Assembly: GCA_963665295.1 (NCBI GenBank)
Contig: OY762209.1
Span: 1,984,001-2,048,000 of the forward strand
Direction of reading: 5' to 3'
DNA: 64,000 nt
Origin: Syntrophorhabdaceae bacterium
Lineage (GTDB): Bacteria; Desulfobacterota; Syntrophorhabdia; Syntrophorhabdales; Syntrophorhabdaceae
Position 1 is the stretch's first letter. Every line of letters starts with the position of its first letter. The position numbers and the translations under genes are program-made. The notes under the pieces were generated by a model. The model searched no databases and was not told the origin of the DNA. It saw nothing but the letters and a program-made list of their open reading frames with translations. Positions 12,811-23,621 of the stretch are shown piece by piece.

Positions 12811-13260
12811 ATGAAGGTTATTCTTATCGAGGACCTTAAGGGGACCGGGAAAAAAGGCGAGGTCGTGGAAGTGAAGGAGGGATATGGAAGAAATTTTCTT
12901 ATCCCCAAGGGACTTGCACTGGCCGCAATCGAAGGAAACGTGGCGAGACTCGAGCACATGGTGAAGAGCCTTGCGAACAAGAAGATGAAGGAACTGAAGA
13001 CCGCCGAAGACATCAAGGCGCGATTGGAAGAGATCACCCTCCACATCAAGAAGAAAGTCGGCCTTGACGGCAAGCTTTTCGGCTCGGTCACTCACAAGGA
13101 GATCGCGGAAGAGATTCAGCGTACCGTAAAAACACCGATAGACAGGAAACACGTGGAGATAGCCGAACCGATCAAGATGACCGGCGCATATACGGTGGAG
13201 ATCCATCTCGGGCAGGGGGTCACTGCTGCGATTAAGGTAGAAGTGGAAGCTCAAGACTAA
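12811..13260 (+). CDS. rplI: 50S ribosomal protein L9
   Basis: MKVIL..D, GYGRNFLIPKG, KLFGSVT. Confidence 0.96.
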   Translation: MKVILIEDLKGTGKKGEVVEVKEGYGRNFLIPKGLALAAIEGNVARLEHMVKSLANKKMKELKTAEDIKARLEEITLHIKKKVGLDGKLFGSVTHKEIAEEIQRTVKTPIDRKHVEIAEPIKMTGAYTVEIHLGQGVTAAIKVEVEAQD

Positions 13261-13263
13261 TAG

Positions 13264-14628
13264 ATGACCAAAACATCGAAGAGCACCAAGGAGACGAGTT
13301 TCAGGGTTCCGCCTCAGAACCTGGAGGCCGAACAATCTCTCCTCGGCGGTCTTCTGGTCGATGCGGATTCGATAAACAAGGTCGCCGACATTGTAGGCTC
13401 GGACGATTTCTACAGGGAGGCCCATTCCCGGATATACGAGGTTATGCTCGACCTCTACGACAGGAATGAGCCTATAGACCTCATCACCGTAAGCGGAACG
13501 GCCAAGGATAAAGGCATCATCGAGAAGATAGGCGGGGTCACATACCTCAGCACTCTCGTTGACCTCATGCCCAGTTCGGCGAATATTGCCCAGTATGCGA
13601 AGATGGTGAGGGAGAAGGCCCTTCTGAGGAAACTCATGAATGTGGCCACCGAGATCATCGAGAAAGGACACGACGCTGATGTGAGTGTGGACACCTACAT
13701 CGACGAGGCCGAGAAGATGATCTTCCAGGTGTCGGAGAACAAGCTGAAGCCCTCATTTTATTCCGTGAGGGATATAGTAAAAGAAAACGTAAAGACCATT
13801 GAGAGACTCTCTCAGAACAAACAGTCGGTCATCGGGGTTCCTACGGGTTTCGTGGACCTCGATAGGATCACGAGCGGCCTGCAGCCTTCGGACCTCGTGG
13901 TGGTGGCGGGAAGGCCCAGTATGGGCAAAACGGCCTTCTGCATGAATATCGCCCAGTACGTAGGATATCTGGACGGGGGTTCCTCGCCGGTCGGCATATT
14001 TTCCCTCGAAATGTCAAAGGAGCAGCTTGTCACGAGGCTTCTCAGTTCTGAGTCCGAGGTGGGACAGTCCAAGCTGCGCACCGGGGCGCTCGCAGGATCG
14101 GACTGGCAACGGCTGGCCCAGGCCGCGGGGAAACTATGCGACGCGTCGATCTATATCGACGATTCTCCCGGAATGAGCATACTGGAGCTCCGCGCCAGGG
14201 CAAGAAGGTTGAAGAAAGAGCACGGCCTGAGCCTGCTCATCATCGACTATCTTCAGCTCATGAGGGGTAGGAGCAGCGCTGAGCGAAGGGAGCAGGAGAT
14301 ATCGGAAATATCGCGGTCCCTGAAAGGCCTCGCGAAGGAACTCAACATACCCGTCATTGCCATATCGCAGTTAAACCGGATGGTGGAGCAACGGGACGAC
14401 AAGAGGCCGAGGCTCTCCGATCTCAGGGAATCGGGCGCGATCGAGCAGGACGCCGACGTTATCATGTTCATTTACCGGGATGAAGTGTATAATAAGAATG
14501 CGGACGAGAGTAACAAAGGGATTGCAGAGGTTATAGTGGGGAAACAGCGAAACGGGCCTACAGATACGGCAAGACTGGCATTTCTCAGCGAATGCGCCGC
14601 TTTCAGGAACCTGTACATAGAAAAATGA
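13264..14628 (+). CDS. dnaB: Replicative DNA helicase
   Basis: PPQNLEAEQ, GRPSMGKT, IDYLQL, SDLRESGAIEQDAD. Confidence 0.97.
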   Translation: MTKTSKSTKETSFRVPPQNLEAEQSLLGGLLVDADSINKVADIVGSDDFYREAHSRIYEVMLDLYDRNEPIDLITVSGTAKDKGIIEKIGGVTYLSTLVDLMPSSANIAQYAKMVREKALLRKLMNVATEIIEKGHDADVSVDTYIDEAEKMIFQVSENKLKPSFYSVRDIVKENVKTIERLSQNKQSVIGVPTGFVDLDRITSGLQPSDLVVVAGRPSMGKTAFCMNIAQYVGYLDGGSSPVGIFSLEMSKEQLVTRLLSSESEVGQSKLRTGALAGSDWQRLAQAAGKLCDASIYIDDSPGMSILELRARARRLKKEHGLSLLIIDYLQLMRGRSSAERREQEISEISRSLKGLAKELNIPVIAISQLNRMVEQRDDKRPRLSDLRESGAIEQDADVIMFIYRDEVYNKNADESNKGIAEVIVGKQRNGPTDTARLAFLSECAAFRNLYIEK

Positions 14629-15152
14629 ATATTCCTAACCTTCTATCCATCTTCCGTTTCTTCTTTACCTTCTTCTTTGTGTTCGCCGTGATGCAGGGGA
14701 AACTGCGCCTTGCCCTGTATCTCTTTATCCTTCAGGGTCTTTCGGACCTGCTTGACGGGTTCTTTGCCCGCATAATGAACAAGAAGACGTCTCTCGGCGC
14801 GTTTCTCGACCCCGTTGCGGACAAGGTAATGCTCATGTCTTCCTACGTGGTCCTTAGTTGCTACGACTTCATACCCTGGTGGCTTACCATGGTGATGCTC
14901 CTGAGGGAAGTGGTCGTCACCTCCGGGTTTCTGGCCCTCTACAAAATGTTCGGCAAGGTAAGGCTGATACCGAGCATATACGGGAAGACCGCCACCGCGT
15001 GTCAGATCCTCACCGTCGTGTACGTCCTCTGGTCTCCGGACGGGGCTTACGGGCCGTTCTTTTTTTATCCCACCGCATTAGTGACCTTGGCAGCGGGCAT
15101 TCATTATGTTTCTCGAGGGTTTGCTATTCTGCACAAACGCGAGCCTGCCTAG
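14625..15152 (+). CDS. CDP-alcohol phosphatidyltransferase (PgsA-like)
   Basis: MNIPNLLS, DLLDGFFAR...G.FLDPVADK. Confidence 0.88.
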   Translation: MNIPNLLSIFRFFFTFFFVFAVMQGKLRLALYLFILQGLSDLLDGFFARIMNKKTSLGAFLDPVADKVMLMSSYVVLSCYDFIPWWLTMVMLLREVVVTSGFLALYKMFGKVRLIPSIYGKTATACQILTVVYVLWSPDGAYGPFFFYPTALVTLAAGIHYVSRGFAILHKREPA

Positions 15153-15310
15153 CGGCGCCGGGCTGTCTTTTTCCGTATCTCGTCGTTGCCTGCGGCGGGA
15201 GGTGTCCTCAGCGTACTATTAGTACGCTTCCGGGACCTCCCGTCTTGTCGCCTAGATATACGAAAAAATACAGCCCGGCGCATTGGTATGGGCACGACGG
15301 ACAACGTCAG

Positions 15311-15430
15311 AACGGCAGGCGGAAAGATGAAGATCGCCTGGGGACAACCCTACAACGGCAGGCTGACAGATGAGGATCGCCTGCGGGCAATCCCACAACG
15401 GCAGGCGGACGGACGAGGATCGCCTGCGGG
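15311..15430. repeat. 43-bp imperfect tandem repeat (~3 copies) with internal hairpin
   Basis: aacggcaggc at 15311, 15354, 15397; each unit has gcaggc...gcctg(c) arms. Confidence 0.8.
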
Positions 15431-15522
15431 GGATACGCTGGTTTTATTATGGAATTGTGAGGGGGATCATTGCGGGGGGTGATCTGGCTTGTGATATAAT
15501 CGACGGGAGTACTGCGGAGGGC

Positions 15523-16065
15523 GTGTTGGGGGGTAATGTTGCGGTGGTCGCTTATCTTGTGGGCGTGGGGCTGTTTTGGGTTCACGCGCTGGCGCGGGGC
15601 GGATTTCTTTTGCTCGATTATGTGAATCTGCCCTTTCACGAATTCGGGCATCTGTTTTTCGGATTTCTCGGGCCGACCCTGGGGTTGTGGGGCGGGACTA
15701 TCGCTCAACTCACAATTCCTCTCGTGATTCTTGTCGCCTTTGCGCGGCAGGGGCAGTCCGGGGTCTCATCCTCTTGCGCGGCGGCTGCGCGGAGTTCCCT
15801 TATAGGCATTGCTTTCGGGGCTTTCTGGTTCGGGGAGAGCCTGCTCAATGTTTCCTGGTACATTGCCGATGCGCAAGTAATGGAGCTACCCCTTGTGGGG
15901 GGAGGGGAGCACGACTGGAATATTATTCTTTCCGGACTTCACCTGGTCGATCACTGCCGGGCCATAGCGTGGCTGGTGAAGGCCCTCGGATGGACCGTAA
16001 TGATCGCTTCAACGGCGTGGCTTATACTTGTTACGTTGGTGCCCACCTCGTCCACGGAAAAGTAG
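15523..16065 (+). CDS. Membrane protein with HExxH motif (M50-like peptidase family)
   Basis: NLPFHEFGH, GGT..QL, HDW; start placed after GGAGG (ORF track begins at 15370 inside repeats). Confidence 0.7.
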   Translation: MLGGNVAVVAYLVGVGLFWVHALARGGFLLLDYVNLPFHEFGHLFFGFLGPTLGLWGGTIAQLTIPLVILVAFARQGQSGVSSSCAAAARSSLIGIAFGAFWFGESLLNVSWYIADAQVMELPLVGGGEHDWNIILSGLHLVDHCRAIAWLVKALGWTVMIASTAWLILVTLVPTSSTEK

Positions 16066-16541
16066 AATTCCGCAGGCATGCGTCCGGTGTGCCGGAAGGA
16101 GCAGGCGAATCATGCAGCACGCAAGGCGTGCGGCAGGAGAGGCCGGATACCCGCCTGCGGGTGGGGTTTTACCGGTGGAGGGGGCGACGTGAGCCATAGG
16201 TCCAAGGATCATGCAGCACGCACGGCGTGCGAGAGGGGGAGGCTCTACCGGTTTTACCGGTGGAGGGGGCGACGTGAGCCATAGGTCCAAGGATCATGCA
16301 GCACGCACGGCGTGCGAGAGGGGGAGGCTCTACCGGTTTTACCGGTGGAGGGGGCGACGTGAGCCATAGGTCCAAGGATCATGCAGCACGCACGGCGTGC
16401 GAGAGGGGGAGGCTCTACCGGTTTTACCGGTGGAGGGGGCGACGTGAGCCCCTTTAACTGCTCGCTTCAACGGCGTGGCTTATACTTGTTACGTTTGTGC
16501 CCACCTCGTCTCCGGAAGAGTAGAATTCCGCAGGCATGCGT
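16004..16541. repeat. 80-bp direct repeat (16004-16083 and 16462-16541) flanking the repeat array
   Basis: Manual alignment gives 76/80 identity. Confidence 0.9.
16109..16460 (-). repeat. 85-bp tandem array (three near-identical units plus one variant) of the dispersed repeat family
   Basis: tccaaggatc at 16201, 16286, 16371; reverse complement of the 5.8 kb element, ends cctttaactg. Confidence 0.92.
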
Positions 16542-16667
16542 TTTTCTTGTGCTGAGTTAACTATAAGAATTGACAAGGGAAAGATAAAAATGGTAATAAT
16601 ATCTCTTGATTAACCCAAGAGCCCGGGGTGTGCAGCGGTTGGGAAATCCCGGGAGAAAGAGCGGAAT

Positions 16668-18386
16668 ATGAAAGAAGACCTTGTAATATTGCGGCACAGC
16701 ACCTCGCATCTCATGGCTCAGGCGGTGAAAGAGCTGTTTCCTGAAGTAAAAGTAGCGATCGGCCCGGCAATCGATACGGGTTTCTATTACGATTTTGACT
16801 ACGATCCCGGTTTTACCGAGGAAGACCTCGTAAAGATCGAAGAGCGCATGCGGGAGATCGCAAAGAGAGACCTCCCTATCGTAAGACGCATGGTAAAGAA
16901 GGAAGAAGCCCTGGAGATGTTCCGTCAGGCGGGCGAAAGGTTCAAAGTTGAGCTTCTGGAAGCGATAGACGATGACGAAGTCAGCCTCTACACCCAGGAG
17001 GGCTTTACCGACCTTTGCAGGGGGCCTCACGTGGCCTCGACGGGCCAGTTGAAGACCTTCAAACTTTTGAGTCTCGCCGGCGCGTACTGGAGAGGCGACG
17101 AGAAGAACAAGATGCTCACGAGGATTTACGGCACGGCCTTTCCGGACGAGGAATCCCTGAAAGAGTACCTTCAGTTCATCGAAGAGGTGAAGAAGAGGGA
17201 TCACAGGCGGCTCGGTAAAGAACTGGAGCTTTTCAGCATATCCGATGAGGTGGGTGCGGGACTCGTCATATACCACCCGAACGGCGCGGTGCTCCGGTAT
17301 ATCCTGGAGGATTTCGAGAGAAAGGAACACCTGAAGAGGGGTTATCAGTTCGTGGTAGGTCCCCAGATCCTTAAAGTGGATATGTGGAAGAAATCGGGCC
17401 ACTACGAAAACTATAGAGAGAATATGTATTTCACCAAGGTGGATGACGTGGACTACGGTATCAAGCCGATGAACTGCGTTTCCCACATCATGGTGTATAA
17501 GTCGAAGATCAGGAGCTACCGTGACCTGCCCCTCAGGTATTTCGAGCTCGGCACGGTGTGCAGGCACGAAAAGTCGGGCGTTTTGCACGGACTTCTCAGG
17601 GTAAGGGAATTTACCCAGGACGATGCCCATATATTTTTGAGGCAGGACCAGCTCCACGAGGAGATCGTCAAGATCATCGAGTTCGTTCAGGATGTGATGA
17701 AGATATTCAACTTCGAATTCGAGATGGAGATCAGCACGAGGCCTGAAGAGAAATTCATCGGCTCCATCGAGGACTGGGACAAGGCGGAAAAGGTACTCAA
17801 GGACGTCCTCGACGACCAGGGCCTTCCCTACGACATCAATGAAGGCGACGGGGCGTTCTACGGCCCGAAGATAGACATAAAGCTCAAGGACGCCATAGGC
17901 AGGAAATGGCAGTGCGCCACCATACAGTGCGATTTCGCCCTTCCGGAGAGATTCGACCTCCATTATGTGGACAGCGACGGCAAACGGAAGAGACCCGTCA
18001 TGTTGCACAGGGTCATCCTCGGCGCCCTGGAGAGGTTCATAGGCGTACTGATAGAGCATTACGGCGGCCGTTTCCCTGTATGGCTCGCCCCTATCCAGGC
18101 CATTCTCATGAATATTACAGATGGGCAGGAGGAGTACCTGAAGGCCATATATGCCCGGATGATCGACGAAGGGATCAGAGTCGAGCTCGATACACGGAAC
18201 GAGAAGCTCGGTCTGAAAATAAGAGAGAGTATGGTAAGGAAGATACCGTACATGGTAATTGCCGGCAAGAAGGAAATGGAAGCCAATGTGATCTCCGTCC
18301 GCATGCGCGACGGAGAGGAACTAAAGAATATTGATGTAAAGGATTTCATAAAGAGAATTCAGGAAGAAAATCTAGCCAGGAGGTGA
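16668..18386 (+). CDS. thrS: Threonine--tRNA ligase (no N-terminal TGS domain)
   Basis: [33 protein letters not shown]. Confidence 0.97.
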   Translation: MKEDLVILRHSTSHLMAQAVKELFPEVKVAIGPAIDTGFYYDFDYDPGFTEEDLVKIEERMREIAKRDLPIVRRMVKKEEALEMFRQAGERFKVELLEAIDDDEVSLYTQEGFTDLCRGPHVASTGQLKTFKLLSLAGAYWRGDEKNKMLTRIYGTAFPDEESLKEYLQFIEEVKKRDHRRLGKELELFSISDEVGAGLVIYHPNGAVLRYILEDFERKEHLKRGYQFVVGPQILKVDMWKKSGHYENYRENMYFTKVDDVDYGIKPMNCVSHIMVYKSKIRSYRDLPLRYFELGTVCRHEKSGVLHGLLRVREFTQDDAHIFLRQDQLHEEIVKIIEFVQDVMKIFNFEFEMEISTRPEEKFIGSIEDWDKAEKVLKDVLDDQGLPYDINEGDGAFYGPKIDIKLKDAIGRKWQCATIQCDFALPERFDLHYVDSDGKRKRPVMLHRVILGALERFIGVLIEHYGGRFPVWLAPIQAILMNITDGQEEYLKAIYARMIDEGIRVELDTRNEKLGLKIRESMVRKIPYMVIAGKKEMEANVISVRMRDGEELKNIDVKDFIKRIQEENLARR

Positions 18387-18907
18387 GCTCCATAGCAAAG
18401 GACAGTAAGGACGTTAACATTAACGAAAAGATCAGGGTGCGGGAAGTAAGGTTGATCGCCGCGGACGGGGCCCAGTTGGGCGTAGTCCCCACGATCGATG
18501 CGATGAGAATGGCGAGAGAACAGGAATTGGATCTTGTGGAGGTCTCTCCTAACGCGGCGCCCCCCGTATGCAAGATAATGGACTACGGGAAATTCAAGTA
18601 TCAGGTTGCGAAAAAGGCCGCGGAAGCGAAGAAGAAACAGACCACGATTCAGCTCAAGGAAATGAAGCTCGGCTTGAAGATCGAGGAACACGATCTCATG
18701 TTCAAGGTAAAACACATACGTGATTTTCTTGAGGCGGGAGACAAGGTCAAGATCATAATAATGTTCAAAGGCAGGGAAGTCCTCCATGTGGATATGGGGG
18801 AGAAGATGGCCAAAGATATAATAGAGGGTTTGAAAGATGTAGGCGACCTGGAACAAAAGCCACGATTTGACGGAAGAAACATCGTCATGGTTTTTGCTCC
18901 ACTATAG
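18383..18907 (+). CDS. infC: Translation initiation factor IF-3
   Basis: [19 protein letters not shown]; true start may be non-AUG. Confidence 0.95.
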   Translation: MSSIAKDSKDVNINEKIRVREVRLIAADGAQLGVVPTIDAMRMAREQELDLVEVSPNAAPPVCKIMDYGKFKYQVAKKAAEAKKKQTTIQLKEMKLGLKIEEHDLMFKVKHIRDFLEAGDKVKIIIMFKGREVLHVDMGEKMAKDIIEGLKDVGDLEQKPRFDGRNIVMVFAPL

Positions 18908-18918
18908 AGGAGGATTAA

Positions 18919-19116
18919 ATGCCAAAAGTAAAGACACACAGAGGATTAGCGAAGCGGGTGAAAGTGACCGCAAAGGGCAAGATCAAGAGATCGAAGGCTT
19001 ACCATAGCCATCTCCTGTCTTCCAAATCACCGAAAGAGAAACGGAGACTGTCGAGAGCCGACACGGTTCATCCCACTGATGCAAAGAGAATCAGATCGCT
19101 GATACCTTACCTATAA
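18919..19116 (+). CDS. rpmI: 50S ribosomal protein L35
   Basis: [13 protein letters not shown]. Confidence 0.95.
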   Translation: MPKVKTHRGLAKRVKVTAKGKIKRSKAYHSHLLSSKSPKEKRRLSRADTVHPTDAKRIRSLIPYL

Positions 19117-19135
19117 TAATTTTGAGGAGCAGAAC

Positions 19136-19504
19136 ATGCCAAGGGCGAAAAGAGGAGTTAAAGCTAGAAGAAGAAGGAATAAGATATTAAAGCTGGCGAG
19201 GGGTATGTATGAGAGCAGGAGAACTACATACAGCGTAGCCAAGCGCGCCGTCTTCAAGGCGCTGAAGTATGCATACGCCGGAAGAAAGCAGAAGAAGAGG
19301 GAATACAGAGCCCTTTGGATCGTGAGGATCAATGCGGCGTGCAGACCGTTGGGCATAACCTACAGCAGATTCATAAATGGATTGAAGGCCGCCAACATCG
19401 GGCTTAACCGCAAGTCGCTTGCCGATATGGCGGTGAACGATCCTTCAGGATTCGAGTATGTGGTAAACAAGGTTAAAGAGACGGTTGCCGGCGTATCGGC
19501 TTAA
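19136..19504 (+). CDS. rplT: 50S ribosomal protein L20
   Basis: [23 protein letters not shown]. Confidence 0.96.
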   Translation: MPRAKRGVKARRRRNKILKLARGMYESRRTTYSVAKRAVFKALKYAYAGRKQKKREYRALWIVRINAACRPLGITYSRFINGLKAANIGLNRKSLADMAVNDPSGFEYVVNKVKETVAGVSA

Positions 19505-19508
19505 TTAA

Positions 19509-19560
19509 GGTCCGGAAGGGAGGCTGAGGAAAGCGTACTCAATTGACTTCCGGACTTTTT
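19509..19560 (+). terminator. Possible terminator/hairpin after rplT
   Basis: gtccggaag...cttccggac followed by ttttt; long loop. Confidence 0.35.
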
Positions 19561-19605
19561 AGTTGGGAGACAAGGCTTACCGGTTCGATTCAATAAAGGT
19601 GGATC

Positions 19606-20616
19606 TTGAATATAGAAGAGCTGAGAGAGAAGGTCGAAAGCGGAATTCTGTCCGTAAAGACCATTGATGACCTGAAGAATCTGAAGCTGTCCCTTCTGGG
19701 GAGAAAGGGGCTTTTTGCCGAGTATCTTGAAGGCTTGAAGTCCCTCGACAAAGAGGAGAGAAAAGCCTTCGGCAAGGAGATAAACACCCTCAAATCCACT
19801 GCGGAAGGAAGGCTTAAAGGGCTTGAGGAGCGGTTCGTCGAGGAAGAGAAGAAGAAGGAGCAGGAAAGGTCATGGATTGATATCACCATGCCCGGCAAAG
19901 TTCCCGTGGTAGGGCGGAAACACCCGATAACCCGGACTTTTGACGAGATAATCCGTATTTTTTCCTCCCTCGGGTTCTCCGTGGCCGAAGGGCCGAACAT
20001 AGAGACGGAGCACTACAATTTCGAGGCGTTGAACATACCGAAGGACCATCCCGCGAGGGATATGCAGGACACATTTTATGTGAAACCGGGTGTGGTGCTC
20101 CGCACCCATACATCCCCCATGCAGGTAAGGGTGATGGAGTCACAGCTTCCTCCAGTGAGGATCATTTCCCCGGGGTCCGTGTACAGGTGCGATCAGGACG
20201 TCTCCCATACGCCCATGTTCCACCAGGTGGAGGGACTGATGGTGGACAAAGGGGTGAGATTTTCCGACCTCAAGGGCATTCTTACTGTCTTCATCCATGA
20301 GATGTTCGGCGAGAATACACCCGTCAGGTTCAGGCCGAGTTACTTCCCCTTTACCGAACCTTCCGCGGAGATCGACATAGGATGCGTCATATGCACGGGC
20401 GCGGGATGCAGGCTCTGCAAAGAGACGGGCTGGCTTGAAATCCTCGGTTCCGGCGTAGTCCACCCCCAGGTGCTGAGGGGCGTGGGGTATGATCCGGAAG
20501 AGGTGAGCGGCTTCGCCTTCGGCATGGGAGTCGAGCGGATCGCCATGCTCAGGTACGGAGTGGACGACATACGGCAATTCTACTATAATGACACAAGATT
20601 TCTTTCCCAGTTCTGA
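19606..20616 (+). CDS. pheS: Phenylalanine--tRNA ligase alpha subunit
   Basis: HPARDMQDTFY, RPSYFPFTEPS, FAFGMGVER. Confidence 0.97.
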   Translation: MNIEELREKVESGILSVKTIDDLKNLKLSLLGRKGLFAEYLEGLKSLDKEERKAFGKEINTLKSTAEGRLKGLEERFVEEEKKKEQERSWIDITMPGKVPVVGRKHPITRTFDEIIRIFSSLGFSVAEGPNIETEHYNFEALNIPKDHPARDMQDTFYVKPGVVLRTHTSPMQVRVMESQLPPVRIISPGSVYRCDQDVSHTPMFHQVEGLMVDKGVRFSDLKGILTVFIHEMFGENTPVRFRPSYFPFTEPSAEIDIGCVICTGAGCRLCKETGWLEILGSGVVHPQVLRGVGYDPEEVSGFAFGMGVERIAMLRYGVDDIRQFYYNDTRFLSQF

Positions 20617-20625
20617 GGTAATATC

Positions 20626-23010
20626 GTGAGAATCCCGTTTGAGTGGCTGAAAGAGTTTGTAGTGATCGAGATGGACCCCCATGAATTAGCGTCGAAGCTC
20701 ACCATGAGGGGCCTTGAAGTAGAGGCGGTGGAAGACGTGACGCCGTCTTTCGAGGGCGTGGTCATAGGGCAAATCCTTACCATGGAGAAACATCCGCAGG
20801 CAGACAAGCTTTCCCTGTGCAAAGTCGACACGGGAAAGGAACCCCTTTCCATAGTCTGCGGGGCCGATAATATCTCGGTGGGAGACAGGGTGCCGGTGGC
20901 GGTAGTGGGCGCCCGTCTGGGCGGCGATTTTCTGATCGAGAGAAGACCGATCAGAGGAGTGGAATCCGAGGGGATGCTTTGTTCCGAAAAGGAACTGGGG
21001 ATCTCGGATGACCATAGCGGTATCTTTTTGCTCCCTGATGATTTCGAGGTAGGGACTATGCTCGCCGACGCTCCGGGTATCCGTGACGTGATCCTCGACG
21101 TAAGCGTGCCTCCCAACCGGGGCGACTGCCTGTCCGTATACGGCATCGCGCGGGAAGTGGGGAGCATCCTGAAACAAAAGGCGAAACTCCCCGATTTCAA
21201 GCTTGACAAAGGGGAAGGAAGCATCAGGGACGCCATATCCCTCCAAATAGATGACACCGGTGCATGCCCGAGGTACGTGCTGAGGATGCTTAACGGCATC
21301 TCCATTGTGCGTTCGCCCTTCTGGATGAGGAACAGGATCGCAAAAGCGGGCATGAGGCCCATCAACTCCATTGTCGATGTGACCAACTACATCATGCTCG
21401 AACTCGGCCAGCCCCTTCATTCCTTCGATTACGAAAAGATCCGGGGGAGGAAGATCGAGGTGAGAGTCGCTGACAAGGCTATGAAGTTCCGCACCCTTGA
21501 CGGTCAGGACCGCGACCTTGCGGCAGGAGACATTCTCATCTCGGACGGGGAAGGTCCCGTTGCCGTTGCAGGCATCATGGGCGGAGAGAATTCCGAAATC
21601 GGGCCGGATACGAAGAACGTGGCCCTGGAAAGCGCCTTTTTCAACCCCATGTACATCAGGAAGACGGCGAGAAGACTCGGCATACGGTCGGAAGCCTCGC
21701 TCAGATTCGAGAAAGGTATCGATATCGACAATACTGATTTCGCCGCGGAACGGGCCATCTACCTCATGAAAGCCATTTCAGGAGGTACGGTCGTAAAAGG
21801 GAAGCAGGAGATATACGAGAGGGCCGAGAGAAAGACGATCGAGATAAGCTTCGCGAGGATCAATGAGGTGGTGGGCACCCCCATAGAGCAACAGGAAGTG
21901 ATCAATGCCCTCAAGTCCATCGATATCTTCGTTCTCGAAGAAGGGGACGGGAAGATCAAGCTCTCCATACCACCCTTCCGGCATGATATCCTGGAGTACA
22001 TGGACCTTGTCGAAGAAGTGGCGCGCATATACGGGTACGAGCATATTCCCGTGACCATGCCGGTAATGACGGTCCAGCCTCCAAAGAGAACCGTGAGGGA
22101 GACGTACGGGGAGTTGGTGAAGGACTATCTCATATCCGCCGGTTTCCTTGAATTGATAAACTTCAGCTTTTACAGTGTCAGCGATGTGGAAAATTTCCTC
22201 ATCCCCGCCACGGACGAAAGGGCGTCATATGTGACGATCATGAACCCTCTCGCGAAGGACTACGCGATTATGCGGACCGTCATCACCCCGGGGATATTGA
22301 AGAGCGTCGCCTACAACATCAATAGGGGCTCGAAAAACCTGAGATTTTTCGAAACGGGCAAGGTGTTCATCGCCGATAAGGAGCGTGAGCTTCCCCGAGA
22401 ATATCCCTCGATTTCATTCGTAATGACGGGTAAGGACAGGGATTACTTCTGGAGGGAGACCGTTCCCGAATACGACTTCTTTGATGCGAAAGGCGTGCTC
22501 GAAGGTCTGATGGAGCGGTTCGGCATTGCCTTTACCCTCGAAAGGAGCAATGAGCCTTTTCTCAACACGAGTCGCGCCGGGGACATAATCCTGGATAACG
22601 GCACAAAGGCCGGCTGGATCGGAGAACTGAAGGACGAAGTGCTCCAGGCCTATGAAATTGAACAAAAAGTCTATTGCGTGGAGTTGAGATTTGATATACT
22701 TCTTGAGAGAGGTCCGCTCAAGGTACAGTATAAACCGATACCCAGATACCCGCAAACGTCGAGGGATTTTTCGTTTTATGCGGACGATGTAGTGCCTGTC
22801 TCGAACCTTATAGAGATCATAAAGAAGGTTTCGCCGTTGATACGCCACGTGGGGGTATTCGACATGTTCAAGAAGGAGGCGAGAAGCATCGCCCTCAGAG
22901 TGGTATTCCAGTCCTTCGAAGATACACTGAAGGACGAGACGGTGAACGAACTGCAGGATACGATTATAAAAGAACTTAGCAATATAAAAGGCGTGACGTT
23001 GAGAACGTAA
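20626..23010 (+). CDS. pheT: Phenylalanine--tRNA ligase beta subunit
   Basis: HPQADKL, NRGDCLS, VDVTNY, RFEKGID. Confidence 0.97.
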   Translation: MRIPFEWLKEFVVIEMDPHELASKLTMRGLEVEAVEDVTPSFEGVVIGQILTMEKHPQADKLSLCKVDTGKEPLSIVCGADNISVGDRVPVAVVGARLGGDFLIERRPIRGVESEGMLCSEKELGISDDHSGIFLLPDDFEVGTMLADAPGIRDVILDVSVPPNRGDCLSVYGIAREVGSILKQKAKLPDFKLDKGEGSIRDAISLQIDDTGACPRYVLRMLNGISIVRSPFWMRNRIAKAGMRPINSIVDVTNYIMLELGQPLHSFDYEKIRGRKIEVRVADKAMKFRTLDGQDRDLAAGDILISDGEGPVAVAGIMGGENSEIGPDTKNVALESAFFNPMYIRKTARRLGIRSEASLRFEKGIDIDNTDFAAERAIYLMKAISGGTVVKGKQEIYERAERKTIEISFARINEVVGTPIEQQEVINALKSIDIFVLEEGDGKIKLSIPPFRHDILEYMDLVEEVARIYGYEHIPVTMPVMTVQPPKRTVRETYGELVKDYLISAGFLELINFSFYSVSDVENFLIPATDERASYVTIMNPLAKDYAIMRTVITPGILKSVAYNINRGSKNLRFFETGKVFIADKERELPREYPSISFVMTGKDRDYFWRETVPEYDFFDAKGVLEGLMERFGIAFTLERSNEPFLNTSRAGDIILDNGTKAGWIGELKDEVLQAYEIEQKVYCVELRFDILLERGPLKVQYKPIPRYPQTSRDFSFYADDVVPVSNLIEIIKKVSPLIRHVGVFDMFKKEARSIALRVVFQSFEDTLKDETVNELQDTIIKELSNIKGVTLRT

Positions 23011-23019
23011 GGAGGATCC

Positions 23020-23307
23020 ATGACAAAACTGGAGATAGTCACAAATCTATATGAAAAACTAGGCTTTTCACGACGGGAGTGCGCAAATATAGTAGACGCG
23101 TTTTTCGACGCCATAAAAAAGACCCTTGCAGAAGGGGAGAATGTAAAAATATCCGGTTTCGGCAATTTTATCGTAAAACAGAAGAAGGCCCGGAGGGGGA
23201 GAAACCCGCAAACCGGAGACGAGATAGAGATTTCGGAGCGGAAAGTGCTCAATTTCAGACTGAGCCAGGTCTTGAAGGATGAAATAAACAGCAGAAGCAG
23301 AAAATGA
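23020..23307 (+). CDS. ihfA: Integration host factor alpha
   Basis: VKISGFGNF, GRNPQTG; position after pheT. Confidence 0.92.
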   Translation: MTKLEIVTNLYEKLGFSRRECANIVDAFFDAIKKTLAEGENVKISGFGNFIVKQKKARRGRNPQTGDEIEISERKVLNFRLSQVLKDEINSRSRK

Positions 23308-23621
23308 CAGAGAATATCCCGGACAGGATGTTTTATCGGATCAAAGAGGTTTGCACCATAACCGGACTGAAACCTCACGTACTCCGGTACTGGGAGCAGG
23401 AATTCAAGGACATCAAACCGGTCAAGAGCGCCAAAGGACAGCGGCTTTATAAGAGAAAGGATCTTGACACCATCTTAACCATAAAAAATCTTTTGTACGA
23501 AAAACGGTTTACCATCGACGGGGCGAAGAAGTACCTGACGGGTCAGCGGCCCATCCTGGATGAAATCAGGGAGGAGCTGACCCAGATAGTGGAAATACTG
23601 AAAAAGGGAGACAAAATGTGA
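23304..23621 (+). CDS. MerR-family transcriptional regulator
   Basis: YRIKEV...HVLRYWEQEF; conserved ihfA neighbour. Confidence 0.9.
   Translation: MTENIPDRMFYRIKEVCTITGLKPHVLRYWEQEFKDIKPVKSAKGQRLYKRKDLDTILTIKNLLYEKRFTIDGAKKYLTGQRPILDEIREELTQIVEILKKGDKM

Noticed and set aside
16109..16460. CRISPR array
   Set aside because: Units are identical end to end with no unique spacers, and there are no cas genes in the window.
16004..16541. DGR template/variable repeat pair
   Set aside because: Mismatches (G/T, C/T, A/C, A/G) are not confined to adenines of one copy, and no reverse transcriptase is present.
16668..16760. thrS truncation/pseudogene
   Set aside because: TGS-less ThrRS forms are known; editing, catalytic and anticodon domains are intact.
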